A DNA stretch of 64,000 nucleotides from an uncultured virus (IMG/VR IMGVR_UViG_3300025012_000068) (lineage: Duplodnaviria > Heunggongvirae > Uroviricota > Caudoviricetes). The position numbers and the translations under genes were made by a program. The stretch is from the IMG/VR virus record IMGVR_UViG_3300025012_000068, positions 1-64,000 of that record; one strand, 5' to 3'. Position 1 is the stretch's first letter. The number at the start of each line of letters is the position of its first letter. Positions 47,690 to 58,562 of the stretch are shown here, in pieces. The notes under the pieces are model-generated. The model ran no database searches, was not told the DNA's origin, and saw only the letters and a program-made list of their open reading frames with translations.

Positions 47690-48822
47690 TGATTAAATTA
47701 GATAAAATTAAAAATTTACATTTAGTTGGAGATTTACACTTTGGAATTAGAAGTAACTCATCTGAATGGTTAAATATTCAATTGGATTTTTGGAGAAATT
47801 ATTTTATTCCTACTATTATAAAAACATCTGATTATAATAAAGATGAGGACACTTTATTTTTAATGGGCGATATTTTTCATTCAAGAGAATTTTTAAATAT
47901 TAAGGTGTTATACGAAGCTCAAAAATTATTTAAAGAGTTATCTGGATATTTTAATAAAGTAATTATTATTTTAGGTAATCATGATTTGTTTAATAAGTCC
48001 ACGACTGAAATTAATTCAGTTAAGCAATTTGAATTATTATCTACTAATATTCATGTTATTGAAAGTTATGATATTCTTGAAATTAACAATAATAAATTTT
48101 TCATGATGCCATACGAACATGACTATGAAAAATTTGAAAATATAATTAATGAATATAGTAAAGATTGTGAGTATTTATTATGTCATGCTGATATTCAAAA
48201 TATGAAATTTGATAAAAGTAGAATAATAGACCAAGGATTAAACCTAAAAAATATACGTAAATTTAAAAAGATATTTTCTGGTCATATTCATTATAGACAA
48301 GAAAAAGATTGGGTAGTTTATACAGGTATTCCATACGCAATGGAAAGAAGCGATTGTAATAATCAAAAAGGATGGTATACCCTTAAATTTACTGGTAATA
48401 ATTTTAAAGAAGAATTTATAGAAAATAAGTATTCACCAGTTTTTATTAAAACGAATTTACATGATTTAATAGAATTATCTTTAGAAGAATCCGAGTCCTT
48501 ACTAAAAAATAATTTAGTTGATATTTATGTAGATAATAAGTATAGTGGAAAATTTATAATAAGTCAGTTTTTAGAATTAATTAAAGATTTTAAAATTAGA
48601 AAAATAGATTTTTTTCCTTATGATAGTGAAAAAAATATTGAAATTAATGACGCATTAAAAAACGTTGATATAAAAAATTTAAATACATTTGATGCTGTTA
48701 ATTTATTTTTAGATTCAATTAAAGTAGATACTGATACTAAAACAATTGTATCTAATTATTTTGAAAAGTTATATAAAGAGGCTAGCGAAATGAATAAAAA
48801 CCTAATAATGTCTGAGGAATGA
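47689..48822 (+). CDS. gp47: Mre11/SbcD-like recombination nuclease
   Basis: GDLHFG, GDIFH, GNHD and SGHIH motifs. Confidence 0.85.
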   Translation: MIKLDKIKNLHLVGDLHFGIRSNSSEWLNIQLDFWRNYFIPTIIKTSDYNKDEDTLFLMGDIFHSREFLNIKVLYEAQKLFKELSGYFNKVIIILGNHDLFNKSTTEINSVKQFELLSTNIHVIESYDILEINNNKFFMMPYEHDYEKFENIINEYSKDCEYLLCHADIQNMKFDKSRIIDQGLNLKNIRKFKKIFSGHIHYRQEKDWVVYTGIPYAMERSDCNNQKGWYTLKFTGNNFKEEFIENKYSPVFIKTNLHDLIELSLEESESLLKNNLVDIYVDNKYSGKFIISQFLELIKDFKIRKIDFFPYDSEKNIEINDALKNVDIKNLNTFDAVNLFLDSIKVDTDTKTIVSNYFEKLYKEASEMNKNLIMSEE

Positions 48823-50492
48823 AACTATTAGAAGTATCTTGGAAAAATTTTGCATCATATGGAAATAAAAAACAGACAATATATTTCAATACTGATAAAG
48901 AATTTAATGTTATATTAGGCCAATCTGGAAGCGGGAAAAGCTCAATTTTAGATGTTATTTCATATGTTTTATATGGCAAATGTGCTAGTCGTAAAAACAA
49001 AGATTTACCAAATCGAATTAATAAAAATTTATGGTGTTATACTAAATTTATTTCTAAATCTTCACAAGTAATAGAAATAGAAAGAGGGTTAGACCCTGGA
49101 TTTTTATTACTTAAAATAAATGGAGAAGTTTATGATATACCAGATAAAAGAAATATTAATAGTTATATAGAGAATGAATTATTAAAATTACCGTTTAATA
49201 TATTTACAAATACAATTTCTCTTTCAGTTAATGATTTTAAAAGTTTTATTAAACTTAATAATACTGACAAAAAAAAAATAATTGATAAGATTTTTGGGTA
49301 TGACCTTATTAATTTAATGAATGATATTTTAAAAGAAAAAGTAAAAGACGTTAAATCGTCTATTAATAAAATAGATATTCAATTAGACTCAAATACAACT
49401 CAAATTAGTAGTACAATACAAGAAAAAGAAAATCTTATAAAACAAGTTGAAGATGGATTAGCAAAAGAAAAAGAAGAATTATTAAATAAAAAAAATGAAT
49501 TAACTAATACTAAAAATATAATTGCCAGTGAATATACTGAATTAAATAATAAAGTTAATAAAATAAAAAGCGATATTAATATAATTACAAAGGAAATTAA
49601 TGAATTAGAATATAAAAATACATCAGATAATAATAAATTAAAATTTCTAGAGCAAAGACAGTGTCCACATTGCCAAAGTGATTTGCATGGCGATTTCCAT
49701 GAAGAAATACGCAAGTCAATTAAAGAATTTATAGAAGAAAGAAAAAAGAATATTTCCAAATTAAAACTATCTTTAACAGATTATGAAAAAAAATTAGAAA
49801 CTGAAAATAAAAATAAAAATATAAAACAAGAAGAACACTGGAAAACTGAAAGTTCTATAAAACAAATTATTAATAGAGTTGCTGAAATAGATTCTAAGAT
49901 TAATACGAATGAACAAGTTAAAAGTCTAAATAATATTATTTCTAATTTAGAAAATAAACAAAAAGAATTAAAAAAATCAAAAACAATAATAGAACAAAAG
50001 AATAATATATACTCTATTACTGGAGAAATACTTGGTGAAAATGGAATTAAAAAAATATTGTTATCACAAATACTTCCAACGTTTAATACCTATATTAAAG
50101 AGCTAATAGACAATCTAGAATATGAATTTGATTTTTTCTTTGATGAAGAATTCAATCCAGTAATAAGACAAATTGGATTTGAAATTTCATCAGACTCATT
50201 ATCAACTGGACAAAGAAAAAAGATGGATATTATTATTATTATATCTATTTTGAAACTTATTAAAATGAAATTACCATCAATTAATTTATTATTTTTAGAT
50301 GAAATATTTTCTAGTTTAGATCATAGAAGTATAGAAAAAGTTAGTTTAATATTAAAAGATTTTATAAACACTACTGATATGAACTTATTTGTAGTAAGCC
50401 ATAATATTTTACCAAAAGAACTTTTTAATAAACAATATAATATAATATACGAAAGAAATTTTAGCGATATTGAAATAGAAACAAATTTATAA
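48819..50492 (+). CDS. gp46: Rad50/SbcC-like ATPase
   Basis: GQSGSGKS, CPHC hook, LSTGQ, FLDE and VSH motifs. Confidence 0.9.
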   Translation: MKLLEVSWKNFASYGNKKQTIYFNTDKEFNVILGQSGSGKSSILDVISYVLYGKCASRKNKDLPNRINKNLWCYTKFISKSSQVIEIERGLDPGFLLLKINGEVYDIPDKRNINSYIENELLKLPFNIFTNTISLSVNDFKSFIKLNNTDKKKIIDKIFGYDLINLMNDILKEKVKDVKSSINKIDIQLDSNTTQISSTIQEKENLIKQVEDGLAKEKEELLNKKNELTNTKNIIASEYTELNNKVNKIKSDINIITKEINELEYKNTSDNNKLKFLEQRQCPHCQSDLHGDFHEEIRKSIKEFIEERKKNISKLKLSLTDYEKKLETENKNKNIKQEEHWKTESSIKQIINRVAEIDSKINTNEQVKSLNNIISNLENKQKELKKSKTIIEQKNNIYSITGEILGENGIKKILLSQILPTFNTYIKELIDNLEYEFDFFFDEEFNPVIRQIGFEISSDSLSTGQRKKMDIIIIISILKLIKMKLPSINLLFLDEIFSSLDHRSIEKVSLILKDFINTTDMNLFVVSHNILPKELFNKQYNIIYERNFSDIEIETNL

Positions 50493-50509
50493 ACTAAAAA
50501 CTAAAAACA

Positions 50510-50809
50510 ATGAGAAGATATGTTACAGTTGAAGTAGACACTGAAGTAGAGGTCTGTCTAGCTGATATTGATACTACTGACTTAGTATCAGAAATAGCCG
50601 ACCGCTTTAGAAAAAATAATATTTCTAAATCCTTAATAGAAGAATTACGAGATGCAAACAATAGTTTAAATGAATTATTTAGGAATGTTGCTAGTACTAA
50701 GTATCAGATAAAAATAGAAAATTTAAATGATTTAATGAAATACGAGCATCTTGCTAAAGTTTTTAATAAGTATTCATTAGATAAATTAGAAACATTATTA
50801 CCAGAATAA
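50510..50809 (+). CDS. hypothetical protein
   Basis: 99-aa ORF. Confidence 0.55.
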   Translation: MRRYVTVEVDTEVEVCLADIDTTDLVSEIADRFRKNNISKSLIEELRDANNSLNELFRNVASTKYQIKIENLNDLMKYEHLAKVFNKYSLDKLETLLPE

Positions 50810-51318
50810 TGGACATTATAAAAAATTTTTACAGTAGGTCTAGTAACGATACTATAAAATCGTTAATTGCTGAAAATAATATAATTTGCGAAAATTGTAT
50901 TGAGGAAAAGCAATTAAATAAACATATTAGATATTTGCAAATGTGTAAAATATGGTCAGACAACTCATACGCTACACGGCTAAAAGTTGGATCATTATTA
51001 GTAAAGAATGGCAATATTATCTCAGATGGATATAATGGAACACCAAGCGGGATGCCTAATATTACAGAAGATGAAACTGGAAATACCTACTGGTATACTT
51101 TGCATGCTGAAGCTAACTGTATTTTAAAGGCTGCAAAAAATGGAAATAGGACAGATGACTCTATTTTATATATTACATCATCACCATGTAAAGAATGCAG
51201 TAAATTAATTATACAGTCTGGAATAACTGCTGTAATATTTTCAGATTTTTATAGAGATTTAGAAGGGTTAGATACTTTAAATAAAATAGGTATATCATTA
51301 ATTTACATAAAAATTTAA
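50809..51318 (+). CDS. dCMP deaminase
   Basis: GYNGTP, HAEAN and SPCKEC motifs. Confidence 0.9.
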   Translation: MDIIKNFYSRSSNDTIKSLIAENNIICENCIEEKQLNKHIRYLQMCKIWSDNSYATRLKVGSLLVKNGNIISDGYNGTPSGMPNITEDETGNTYWYTLHAEANCILKAAKNGNRTDDSILYITSSPCKECSKLIIQSGITAVIFSDFYRDLEGLDTLNKIGISLIYIKI

Positions 51319-51325
51319 TAAAAAT

Positions 51326-51571
51326 ATGAAAACTGTATTTGGATTTTTGCTAATTATTTTAATATGGATAAGTATTCTATTTATGTGTTCAATACCTCTA
51401 AGTTTTATATTAAGTATGGCAATAGATGTATCAATTCTGGAAGCGTTTTATTTTTTATTAGTAATATTTATAATAAAGATTGCATTAAACCCCATATCAA
51501 TTATTACACATTTATCTCCGAATGATATAAATAATTATGCAGATTCTTTTAAAAAGTCTAAAACTAAATGA
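51326..51571 (+). CDS. small membrane protein
   Basis: Two hydrophobic segments. Confidence 0.5.
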   Translation: MKTVFGFLLIILIWISILFMCSIPLSFILSMAIDVSILEAFYFLLVIFIIKIALNPISIITHLSPNDINNYADSFKKSKTK

Positions 51572-52065
51572 AATCTATTTTAATTATTCCTTATAGTAGA
51601 ACTTTACCAAATAAAATAGAAAATCCTAAAAATTATAGTAAATGGCAAGATTTAATTAATTTACTTATAAATGATAATTTTAAAGTATATCAATTAGTAT
51701 TTGGACAAGATGAACCCACCTTTAATAATGTTGAGATGTTATGTAACTATGACGAAGATAAACAATACAATATTCTATTACAAGTCAATTGTTGGATTTC
51801 TGTTGATTCATATTTTCAGCATTTTGCTAAATATTACAATATACCGGGAGTAGTAATTTGGACATTAAGTAATCCAACAATATATGGGTATCCAGAAAAT
51901 ATGAATTTGTTTAGTAATTCTAATTTTTTTATAAAAGAAGAAGATATGTATTTAGATTGGGTAAGTATCTCAAATAAGTATGTTGATACTATAAAAAATT
52001 TAAAACATCTAGACCCTACTTTTATTTTTAATAAAATTAAAGAATTTATTTTAAAAAATAATTAA
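51568..52065 (+). CDS. GT9/heptosyltransferase-like single domain
   Basis: ISVDSYFQH...GVVIW...YGYPEN. Confidence 0.6.
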   Translation: MKSILIIPYSRTLPNKIENPKNYSKWQDLINLLINDNFKVYQLVFGQDEPTFNNVEMLCNYDEDKQYNILLQVNCWISVDSYFQHFAKYYNIPGVVIWTLSNPTIYGYPENMNLFSNSNFFIKEEDMYLDWVSISNKYVDTIKNLKHLDPTFIFNKIKEFILKNN

Positions 52066-52071
52066 GATACT

Positions 52072-53139
52072 ATGGATTTTAATATAGACAAAATAAAATT
52101 TGATTTAAATGACATTTTAATAATGCCAGATGCCATTTCTAAAATAAATTCAAGAAAGCAAGTTAATCCATATTATAATCACTTAAATTTAATATGTCAA
52201 AATTATTTACCTATTATAGCTGCTCCAATGGATACTGTAATAGATAAAAATAATATTGATATATTTATTAAGAATAAAATTCCAGTTTGTATTCCAAGAG
52301 GATGCAATATAGATATATCAAAGCTAATGACTACTATGCCAATTTTTAAGTCATATTCATTAGATGAGTTTACTACTTTATATATTCGTAATAAAATAAC
52401 GATAGACCATAAATATATTTTAATAGATATGGCAAATGGGCATATGTCCAAGTTATTAGAAATTGTTAAATTAGCAAAAGACATGTATGGAAATTCTATT
52501 ATGCTAATGGTTGGAAATATCGCTAATCCTGAAACTTATAGAATATTAAGCGAAGCTGGTGCTGATTATATACGGTGCGGAATCGGGTCCGGTGGGGCAT
52601 GCACGACGTCCTCTAACGTTTCAATTGGTTATCCAATGGGATCTTTAATAAAAGAATGCTATGATATAAGTTGTACGTTAAGCTCACCTGCTAAAATTGT
52701 GGCAGATGGCGGCATGAAAAATTTCAGTGATATTATAAAAGTAATATGTCTAGGAGCCGACTACGTTATGGTAGGTTCTATTTTTAATAAATCAATAGAA
52801 TCATGCGGAGATACTTTATTATTTAAAAAAATAAAAATTGATAAATTTCCAGATATTAAACATTTTTTATTTAAAAATAAAATTCCTCTATATAAAAAAT
52901 ATAGAGGAATGTCTACTAAAGAGGTTCAACAATCTTGGGGTAAACTTAAATTAACTACAAGTGAAGGCATAGTAAAATATAATAAAGTAGAATATACAGT
53001 AGAAGGATGGACTAATAACTTTGTTGATTATTTAAAATCAGCAATGAGCTATTGTAATGCTAAAACCTTAAAAGATTTTGTTGGTAAAGCAAAATACAAT
53101 TTAATATCATATCAATACTTTAATCGATTTAATAAATAA
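52072..53139 (+). CDS. GMP reductase / IMP dehydrogenase family enzyme
   Basis: AAPMDTV, DMANGH, GIGSGGACTT, ADGG and YRGMS motifs. Confidence 0.85.
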   Translation: MDFNIDKIKFDLNDILIMPDAISKINSRKQVNPYYNHLNLICQNYLPIIAAPMDTVIDKNNIDIFIKNKIPVCIPRGCNIDISKLMTTMPIFKSYSLDEFTTLYIRNKITIDHKYILIDMANGHMSKLLEIVKLAKDMYGNSIMLMVGNIANPETYRILSEAGADYIRCGIGSGGACTTSSNVSIGYPMGSLIKECYDISCTLSSPAKIVADGGMKNFSDIIKVICLGADYVMVGSIFNKSIESCGDTLLFKKIKIDKFPDIKHFLFKNKIPLYKKYRGMSTKEVQQSWGKLKLTTSEGIVKYNKVEYTVEGWTNNFVDYLKSAMSYCNAKTLKDFVGKAKYNLISYQYFNRFNK

Positions 53140-53280
53140 GTTTCTTTAATTTACTAATGATTTTAGACGTTTTTACCCATGTAAAAACTATTCCATAATA
53201 GAAATCACACAAAAAATCATTTATTAATATTTTTATCATTTTTTGAATTTTATTAAAATGTATAGCAAATTATGCTGGCA

Positions 53281-53308
53281 AAAGAACGAGTAAAAATACT
53301 AGTTCTTT
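53281..53308 (-). terminator. terminator-like hairpin
   Basis: AAAGAACGAGTA / TACTAGTTCTTT immediately after the stop of the small lipoprotein gene. Confidence 0.5.
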
Positions 53309-53309
53309 G

Positions 53310-53480
53310 TCATTTTATAGCAGAAGTATCAAGCTTAATACTATCAGTTAAAGGAATTTCTAATTTAATAGAAGTATCTACACAAGGCGTAGTAGTAGAG
53401 CCATTAACAGCAGTATTTGTTGTTTGATTTGAATTACATGCAGTAAGTGATACTGTAATTAAAAATAATAGTTTTTTCAT
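53310..53480 (-). CDS. small lipoprotein (56 aa)
   Basis: MKKLLFLITVSLTAC lipobox; AATAAATAA upstream. Confidence 0.6.
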   Translation of the reverse strand: MKKLLFLITVSLTACNSNQTTNTAVNGSTTTPCVDTSIKLEIPLTDSIKLDTSAIK

Positions 53481-53530
53481 TGTTTTTGTTTTTTTTACTA
53501 TTTTATTTATTCAAAATACTATAAAATGTT

Positions 53531-54343
53531 TTAAAATCCACCATTATTTATAAATTCTAATAATATATAAAGGATGTCATTATCGAAACCTTTTGTTTCA
53601 AAAATTTCATCTAAATTTCTATTTAAAAATAAAATATCTCTAATTATATAGATTATATCATTATAATTAATAGCAGATTCATTATTTACTATTATTATAT
53701 TATTATTATTAATTTTATTTTCAATATTCTTTAATTTATTAACATATTGCGATAATTTAGTATAATTAGAATTAGAATCTTCTTTTATAACATCTATAAA
53801 TTTAATAGATGACATAAAATTACACCGTTCATCTATTTTTATTCTCCATATTTCTGAATATAAATTTGGATTACTTTTGCAGAATATATAAATGTCGTCT
53901 GTTAAATGTATTTGTTTATTCTTAACAAGAAGATTTAACCCACCATATACTTTAATATGTTTTTCTATTGCCTCAATGAAAACATCTCTTAACTTTTCCT
54001 TTATCCAATTGTATATATTAATAAGGTATTCTCGTTCTGATGTATCATATTTTAAAATATCTATTATTTTTGATAAATCTTTATTAGTATAAATATCATG
54101 TGACTTGTGTTTTTTATCAAAAATTATACTAAGGTTAATTAAAGACGACAGATTAAAATAATGTAAAAATATTTCACTGAATACTTGTATATTATTATTA
54201 TCTAGTTTTTCTTTATATTTTTGTAATGCTCCTAGTATAGTATATTCTAACCATTCTTTATCAGTTGAGCATTTTGAATTAATTAAATATAACGGATCTA
54301 ATACTAATGAATATGTAGATTTATCTATTTTTGCGGTTTTCAT
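53531..54343 (-). CDS. hypothetical protein
   Basis: 270-aa ORF. Confidence 0.55.
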   Translation of the reverse strand: MKTAKIDKSTYSLVLDPLYLINSKCSTDKEWLEYTILGALQKYKEKLDNNNIQVFSEIFLHYFNLSSLINLSIIFDKKHKSHDIYTNKDLSKIIDILKYDTSEREYLINIYNWIKEKLRDVFIEAIEKHIKVYGGLNLLVKNKQIHLTDDIYIFCKSNPNLYSEIWRIKIDERCNFMSSIKFIDVIKEDSNSNYTKLSQYVNKLKNIENKINNNNIIIVNNESAINYNDIIYIIRDILFLNRNLDEIFETKGFDNDILYILLEFINNGGF

Positions 54344-54355
54344 ATTAATATTAGA

Positions 54356-54787
54356 TCATTTTTTAATTCCTTTCATAAATTCTTCAAACTTATTTAGCTC
54401 TAATATTATGTCAGTATTAAATAATTTAAATGCATCGTTTAATTCTTTTTTACTTATTTTATTATATTCTAAATATTTTTTTATAATATCGTCTTGATAA
54501 TTTTCTATTTTTACAGTTATGTCTTCTTTATCAGTCTTACTAAATTTAGTTTTGGTCCATACCCATCCTGGCACTTTAAAATATTGTTTACTCATTACAT
54601 CATGCCACCAATCTATTGCTCTATTTTTATTTATATACATTAGGTTTAAGTCATTCGCTAAAATAGGATGCTTAATACTCATCATTCTATTTAATATTAT
54701 ATAAAAACCATCTTTATCTTTAGAAGATATAGAATTCCATTTATTATAATCTTTATTGAAAAATTTATTAATAAAGTCGCTTAGCAT
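54356..54787 (-). CDS. clamp-loader small subunit-like protein
   Basis: FYIILNRMMS...ANDLN...WVWTK pattern resembling gp62. Confidence 0.45.
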   Translation of the reverse strand: MLSDFINKFFNKDYNKWNSISSKDKDGFYIILNRMMSIKHPILANDLNLMYINKNRAIDWWHDVMSKQYFKVPGWVWTKTKFSKTDKEDITVKIENYQDDIIKKYLEYNKISKKELNDAFKLFNTDIILELNKFEEFMKGIKK

Positions 54788-54832
54788 ACCTTTTTATATT
54801 AAAAAAAATAAAATTGTTTTAGTGTGTAAAAC

Positions 54833-56194
54833 TTATTTGGAAGGCTTTGCTTTATCTATAGTTTCTACTGAAAAAAGTACTAATTCAGTATCATCATCAA
54901 TTATGGTATATAACCCCATATTTCCGGCTCGTATAATACTTTTTTTAATATTTGCCCTAATTTCTAAATCCTTTTTATTTGAAATAAATGAATTAATAAT
55001 ATCATTAGTATAAGTATTAAATATGCAGTCTTTTATATATGAGTTTTTAATTTCGTTATTCGAAATTAAATTAGAATTAATAATCCGGCTTGAATTTATT
55101 TTGCAATTATGAAATTTACAATTTTCAAAATCTCCATCTAATTGTGAATCAAAGAACTCGATATTATTTAACATAAAACCTTTTTTAATAGTAGTGTCTT
55201 TAACTTGTAAAATACCAGTATCTGAATTAAAATTTATTACTCCTTTTTTAATATTACCATATATTAAAAGTTCAAGTATTATATTTTTAATTTTATCATA
55301 AAAAAAATTAATTGTATTAGGATCCTGCTTTAAATCTATATAAAGCTTTATATCTTTATAATTAAATTTTAATAATTCATAGGTTTTAATATTATACAAA
55401 AAGTCCTTTTGCTTTTTAAGTATAATTTGAATTTCATTTAATTCTTTTTGTGAGTATACTACATTATTATTTAAAACTTCATATAATTTAATTGCAGTAT
55501 AATTAATTATTTTAATAGTTTCATTTAATTTTAAATGATAGTTTTTACCACCTACATATCGTACCTCTAAATACCCGCCAGATTCGCTATTTAATTTATT
55601 AAAATTAACTCCAAAATACTTACTACTTGGAAAAATAAAGTCTAAATGATTCATATTTTTTATAGCACTAATATCATAAGTACTTAAAAATTTATTCCTT
55701 GGAAAAATATAGTAAATACTATTTTTATAAATCTTTTGAATAGATTCCTTATTAGGAAATAGTTTTAGTATCTCATCTTCATTATAATTAAGTATAAATT
55801 TAAATACATTAAGATTTTCCGTTTTATATTTTAAATTTAATCCAAAATCATTTAATGAAATATTAATATGACACCCGCTTTTTTCATTAGTAAATCCGTA
55901 TTCATCTATAAATTTATAAACCTTAATTAAAATATTAATAGCTTCAAAATAACTTAATGGACCTGTTATTAACTCGTTCATTCTCTTGCCCCCAGAGTAG
56001 TCGGGTTCTATCTTAAATATAAAATCACTAACTTTAATATTAGAGTGATACACATCACTCGCAATGACTTTTTTATTAAGCAATTTACTTAATTTACTTG
56101 CTAATACTTTACGGGATAGCGGCGAAAAGAATTCAAATTCTAGTCCAACTATAGTATTTTCATATACTTTATGATTAGTAATGTCTTTAAACAT
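54833..56194 (-). CDS. putative amidoligase-family enzyme with C-terminal beta-helix-like repeats
   Basis: GLEFEF, EPDYSG, ELIT, GCHINIS, KYFGVN and LEVR motifs. Confidence 0.65.
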   Translation of the reverse strand: MFKDITNHKVYENTIVGLEFEFFSPLSRKVLASKLSKLLNKKVIASDVYHSNIKVSDFIFKIEPDYSGGKRMNELITGPLSYFEAINILIKVYKFIDEYGFTNEKSGCHINISLNDFGLNLKYKTENLNVFKFILNYNEDEILKLFPNKESIQKIYKNSIYYIFPRNKFLSTYDISAIKNMNHLDFIFPSSKYFGVNFNKLNSESGGYLEVRYVGGKNYHLKLNETIKIINYTAIKLYEVLNNNVVYSQKELNEIQIILKKQKDFLYNIKTYELLKFNYKDIKLYIDLKQDPNTINFFYDKIKNIILELLIYGNIKKGVINFNSDTGILQVKDTTIKKGFMLNNIEFFDSQLDGDFENCKFHNCKINSSRIINSNLISNNEIKNSYIKDCIFNTYTNDIINSFISNKKDLEIRANIKKSIIRAGNMGLYTIIDDDTELVLFSVETIDKAKPSK

Positions 56195-56214
56195 ATAGTT
56201 TTATTTATTTAAAC

Positions 56215-56246
56215 TTTAAAAGCTGGTAATTTTACCAGCTTTTAAA
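56215..56246. terminator. intrinsic terminator-like hairpin
   Basis: TTTAAAAGCTGGTAA / TTACCAGCTTTTAAA. Confidence 0.75.
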
Positions 56247-56519
56247 TTATTTAAAGTTACTAGGAAGAGATGGCATGCTTGGCGGTTTAATATTACTAAT
56301 ACTAGGCATATTTTTCATTGCTTGATTTTGCATTTGATTAATATTAGGCATTTGGTTTGTATATTCACCGTCTTTTCGTTTTTGTTTTTCAGCGTCCTCT
56401 TTTATCACTTCCAATAGGAAGACATATTCATAAAAAGGCAAAGAATATATTGAATCAAAGTTCTGATTAAGCTGTTCGGCTATAATCTTATTAAGTTTAA
56501 TTATCTCCATTAAATCCAA
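56247..56519 (-). CDS. baseplate-hub assembly (gp51-like) small protein
   Basis: IYSLPFYEY pattern; follows the gp26-like gene. Confidence 0.4.
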   Translation of the reverse strand: MDLMEIIKLNKIIAEQLNQNFDSIYSLPFYEYVFLLEVIKEDAEKQKRKDGEYTNQMPNINQMQNQAMKNMPSISNIKPPSMPSLPSNFK

Positions 56520-57522
56520 TTGAAAGAGAGAAAAGATCTTTGATTTTAAATCCTCCGCGAAAAAACAAAGGAGTCTCCAATTGAACTGAGCACTTAGGAC
56601 ATTCCTTTGACACTACTCCTCTTGCACTCTTTTCTATTTTATCAATAAATGAAGAGATTAATAGAAATTTATCCTTGCCCCATAGTAATGACTCTTGTTG
56701 CATCCTATCTAATTCATTATTATTAAGTGTTTGATATTTATCAATTATAAATGGAGATAACCTAATAAACGCCTTATCTATAAAAAGATTATTATCTTGT
56801 TTATTTTTCACATATGCTTTAATTTTCTGAGATATTCCAAGTGATGGAATAAATATTTTTTGAGGTTTTCCTATTCTAGGATCATTTAATATAAAACATT
56901 TATCCTCTTGACTATAATATTGCATTAAAGCATTATCAAAATCAAATAGGCTAAGCATATTCGATTCCATTTTAACTTTTTCAGAATATTGGCCATCTCC
57001 GGCACAACTTTGATTACATTTAAAAGTAATCATTAATTTATTCTCGCCATTTGGAAATGTAATTTCATGTATTAAAAAAGCTAAGGCAATCCTATCTATT
57101 TCTTTAATATCTTTCCATGATAAGAATTTAGGAGTATCTCCTTTTTTACGAATACGAACACACTTTTCCATTATAATATTAAGCTTATCATCAATATCTA
57201 CGAAATCGTTTTCATCTATAGTAGACCATTGCCGTATTTCTCCAACTGACGCTGATTTAATCGTAATTTCAATATCATCTTCATAAAATAATCCTTTTGT
57301 TTCTAAGTTTTCTAATGGAATATTTTTCCATCCAGCATCGGCAACACTTGATATATTAGACCCAGTTTGTGGTTGTAACTCTTTGATTTTTCCTAAACCA
57401 TTGGAAGTTTTATCTACAAATTTAGATTCAATATCATTTAATTTAATAGTTTGTGATAACTCTTTATCTTTTTCAGACAAAAATTTAGCAGCGTCTTCAT
57501 CAGAAATTTTTGTATTATCCAT
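56497..57522 (-). CDS. baseplate hub / tail assembly chaperone (gp26-like)
   Basis: L.TKGLFY; two Cys pairs ending CPKC. Confidence 0.5.
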   Translation of the reverse strand: MDNTKISDEDAAKFLSEKDKELSQTIKLNDIESKFVDKTSNGLGKIKELQPQTGSNISSVADAGWKNIPLENLETKGLFYEDDIEITIKSASVGEIRQWSTIDENDFVDIDDKLNIIMEKCVRIRKKGDTPKFLSWKDIKEIDRIALAFLIHEITFPNGENKLMITFKCNQSCAGDGQYSEKVKMESNMLSLFDFDNALMQYYSQEDKCFILNDPRIGKPQKIFIPSLGISQKIKAYVKNKQDNNLFIDKAFIRLSPFIIDKYQTLNNNELDRMQQESLLWGKDKFLLISSFIDKIEKSARGVVSKECPKCSVQLETPLFFRGGFKIKDLFSLSIGFNGDN

Positions 57523-57583
57523 TAATAAATTGGGTTTTTTGTTTTATATAAAAAAAATATAAAATTGTTTTCAATAAAGAAAA

Positions 57584-57997
57584 CTATTCGAAGTATTTAT
57601 TGTATTTTTCTAAAGTTTCTGGGTATACTTCAAATTTTTCTAAAGTAGAAGGTTTAACTAAAAATACTCTAAGTGTTTTATTATCTAAATCCACTTTTAT
57701 TTCTTTAATATTTCCATAAACATAATCAGTTTCATTATACCCTTTTTTAAATGGAGCATTCATTCTAATAGCTTTTACTTTTTCTCCAACTCTAAAATTT
57801 AAGTTAAAATTATTTATAGTTTGCTCAAACTCTGTTCTTTCATACTCTTGAGGTCTTGCTAAATCTTTTAATTGTAGAAATTTAGACTTAATTGCGTCAG
57901 TTGGATTACCTGTCCAAGTATATGGAAAAAGTCTATTTACTTTTTGAGTAACAAATTCATTATATTCTAATATTAAATATCTTTTCATTTTAAACAT
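57584..57997 (-). CDS. hypothetical protein
   Basis: 137-aa ORF. Confidence 0.5.
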   Translation of the reverse strand: MFKMKRYLILEYNEFVTQKVNRLFPYTWTGNPTDAIKSKFLQLKDLARPQEYERTEFEQTINNFNLNFRVGEKVKAIRMNAPFKKGYNETDYVYGNIKEIKVDLDNKTLRVFLVKPSTLEKFEVYPETLEKYNKYFE

Positions 57998-58562
57998 AAA
58001 CTTTTCCTTTTACATCAACTACTTTTCGTACTTCTTCTTCTGTAAATTTTTTAGTATTATTAGAACAACTAAAACTTCCTCCTACTGTACTAGGACCTCC
58101 TTCAAGACTAGTTAACTTATTATAAGAACAATCAAAATCTCCAGTAACTATATTAGGACCATCAACTAAACTAGTTAAATGACTACGATAGCAATAAAAA
58201 TTTCCATTTATTATTTTAGGTACCCCTTTTAAATTAATTAGATCAGTAGCAACACAATCAAAATCTCCTGATATTTCTTCTATATTCAATATACTTAAAT
58301 CACTTATTCTTTTTATTTCAATATTACCAATTATAACTTTAATATTCTTAAATTTCTCAATATTACCCATATTTATAATAAAAGTTTCATCAATTGGTTT
58401 CACTACAAATATTTGTTCTTTAGTATAACCTTTATTTAAGTAAGGAAGTAATAAGTCATCCCATCTTTCTTTAAGCCTTCTAGGTATAAATATATCTTTA
58501 GCGCTTGGCTTAGGAGTTTCTTCTTCAGATATAAATTGTTCAAATAATTTTATATAACTCAT
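57990..58562 (-). CDS. protein with 22-aa LRR-like repeats
   Basis: Repeated G.F.C....LTSL.G.P units; MSYIKLFEQF N-terminus. Confidence 0.65.
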   Translation of the reverse strand: MSYIKLFEQFISEEETPKPSAKDIFIPRRLKERWDDLLLPYLNKGYTKEQIFVVKPIDETFIINMGNIEKFKNIKVIIGNIEIKRISDLSILNIEEISGDFDCVATDLINLKGVPKIINGNFYCYRSHLTSLVDGPNIVTGDFDCSYNKLTSLEGGPSTVGGSFSCSNNTKKFTEEEVRKVVDVKGKVYV

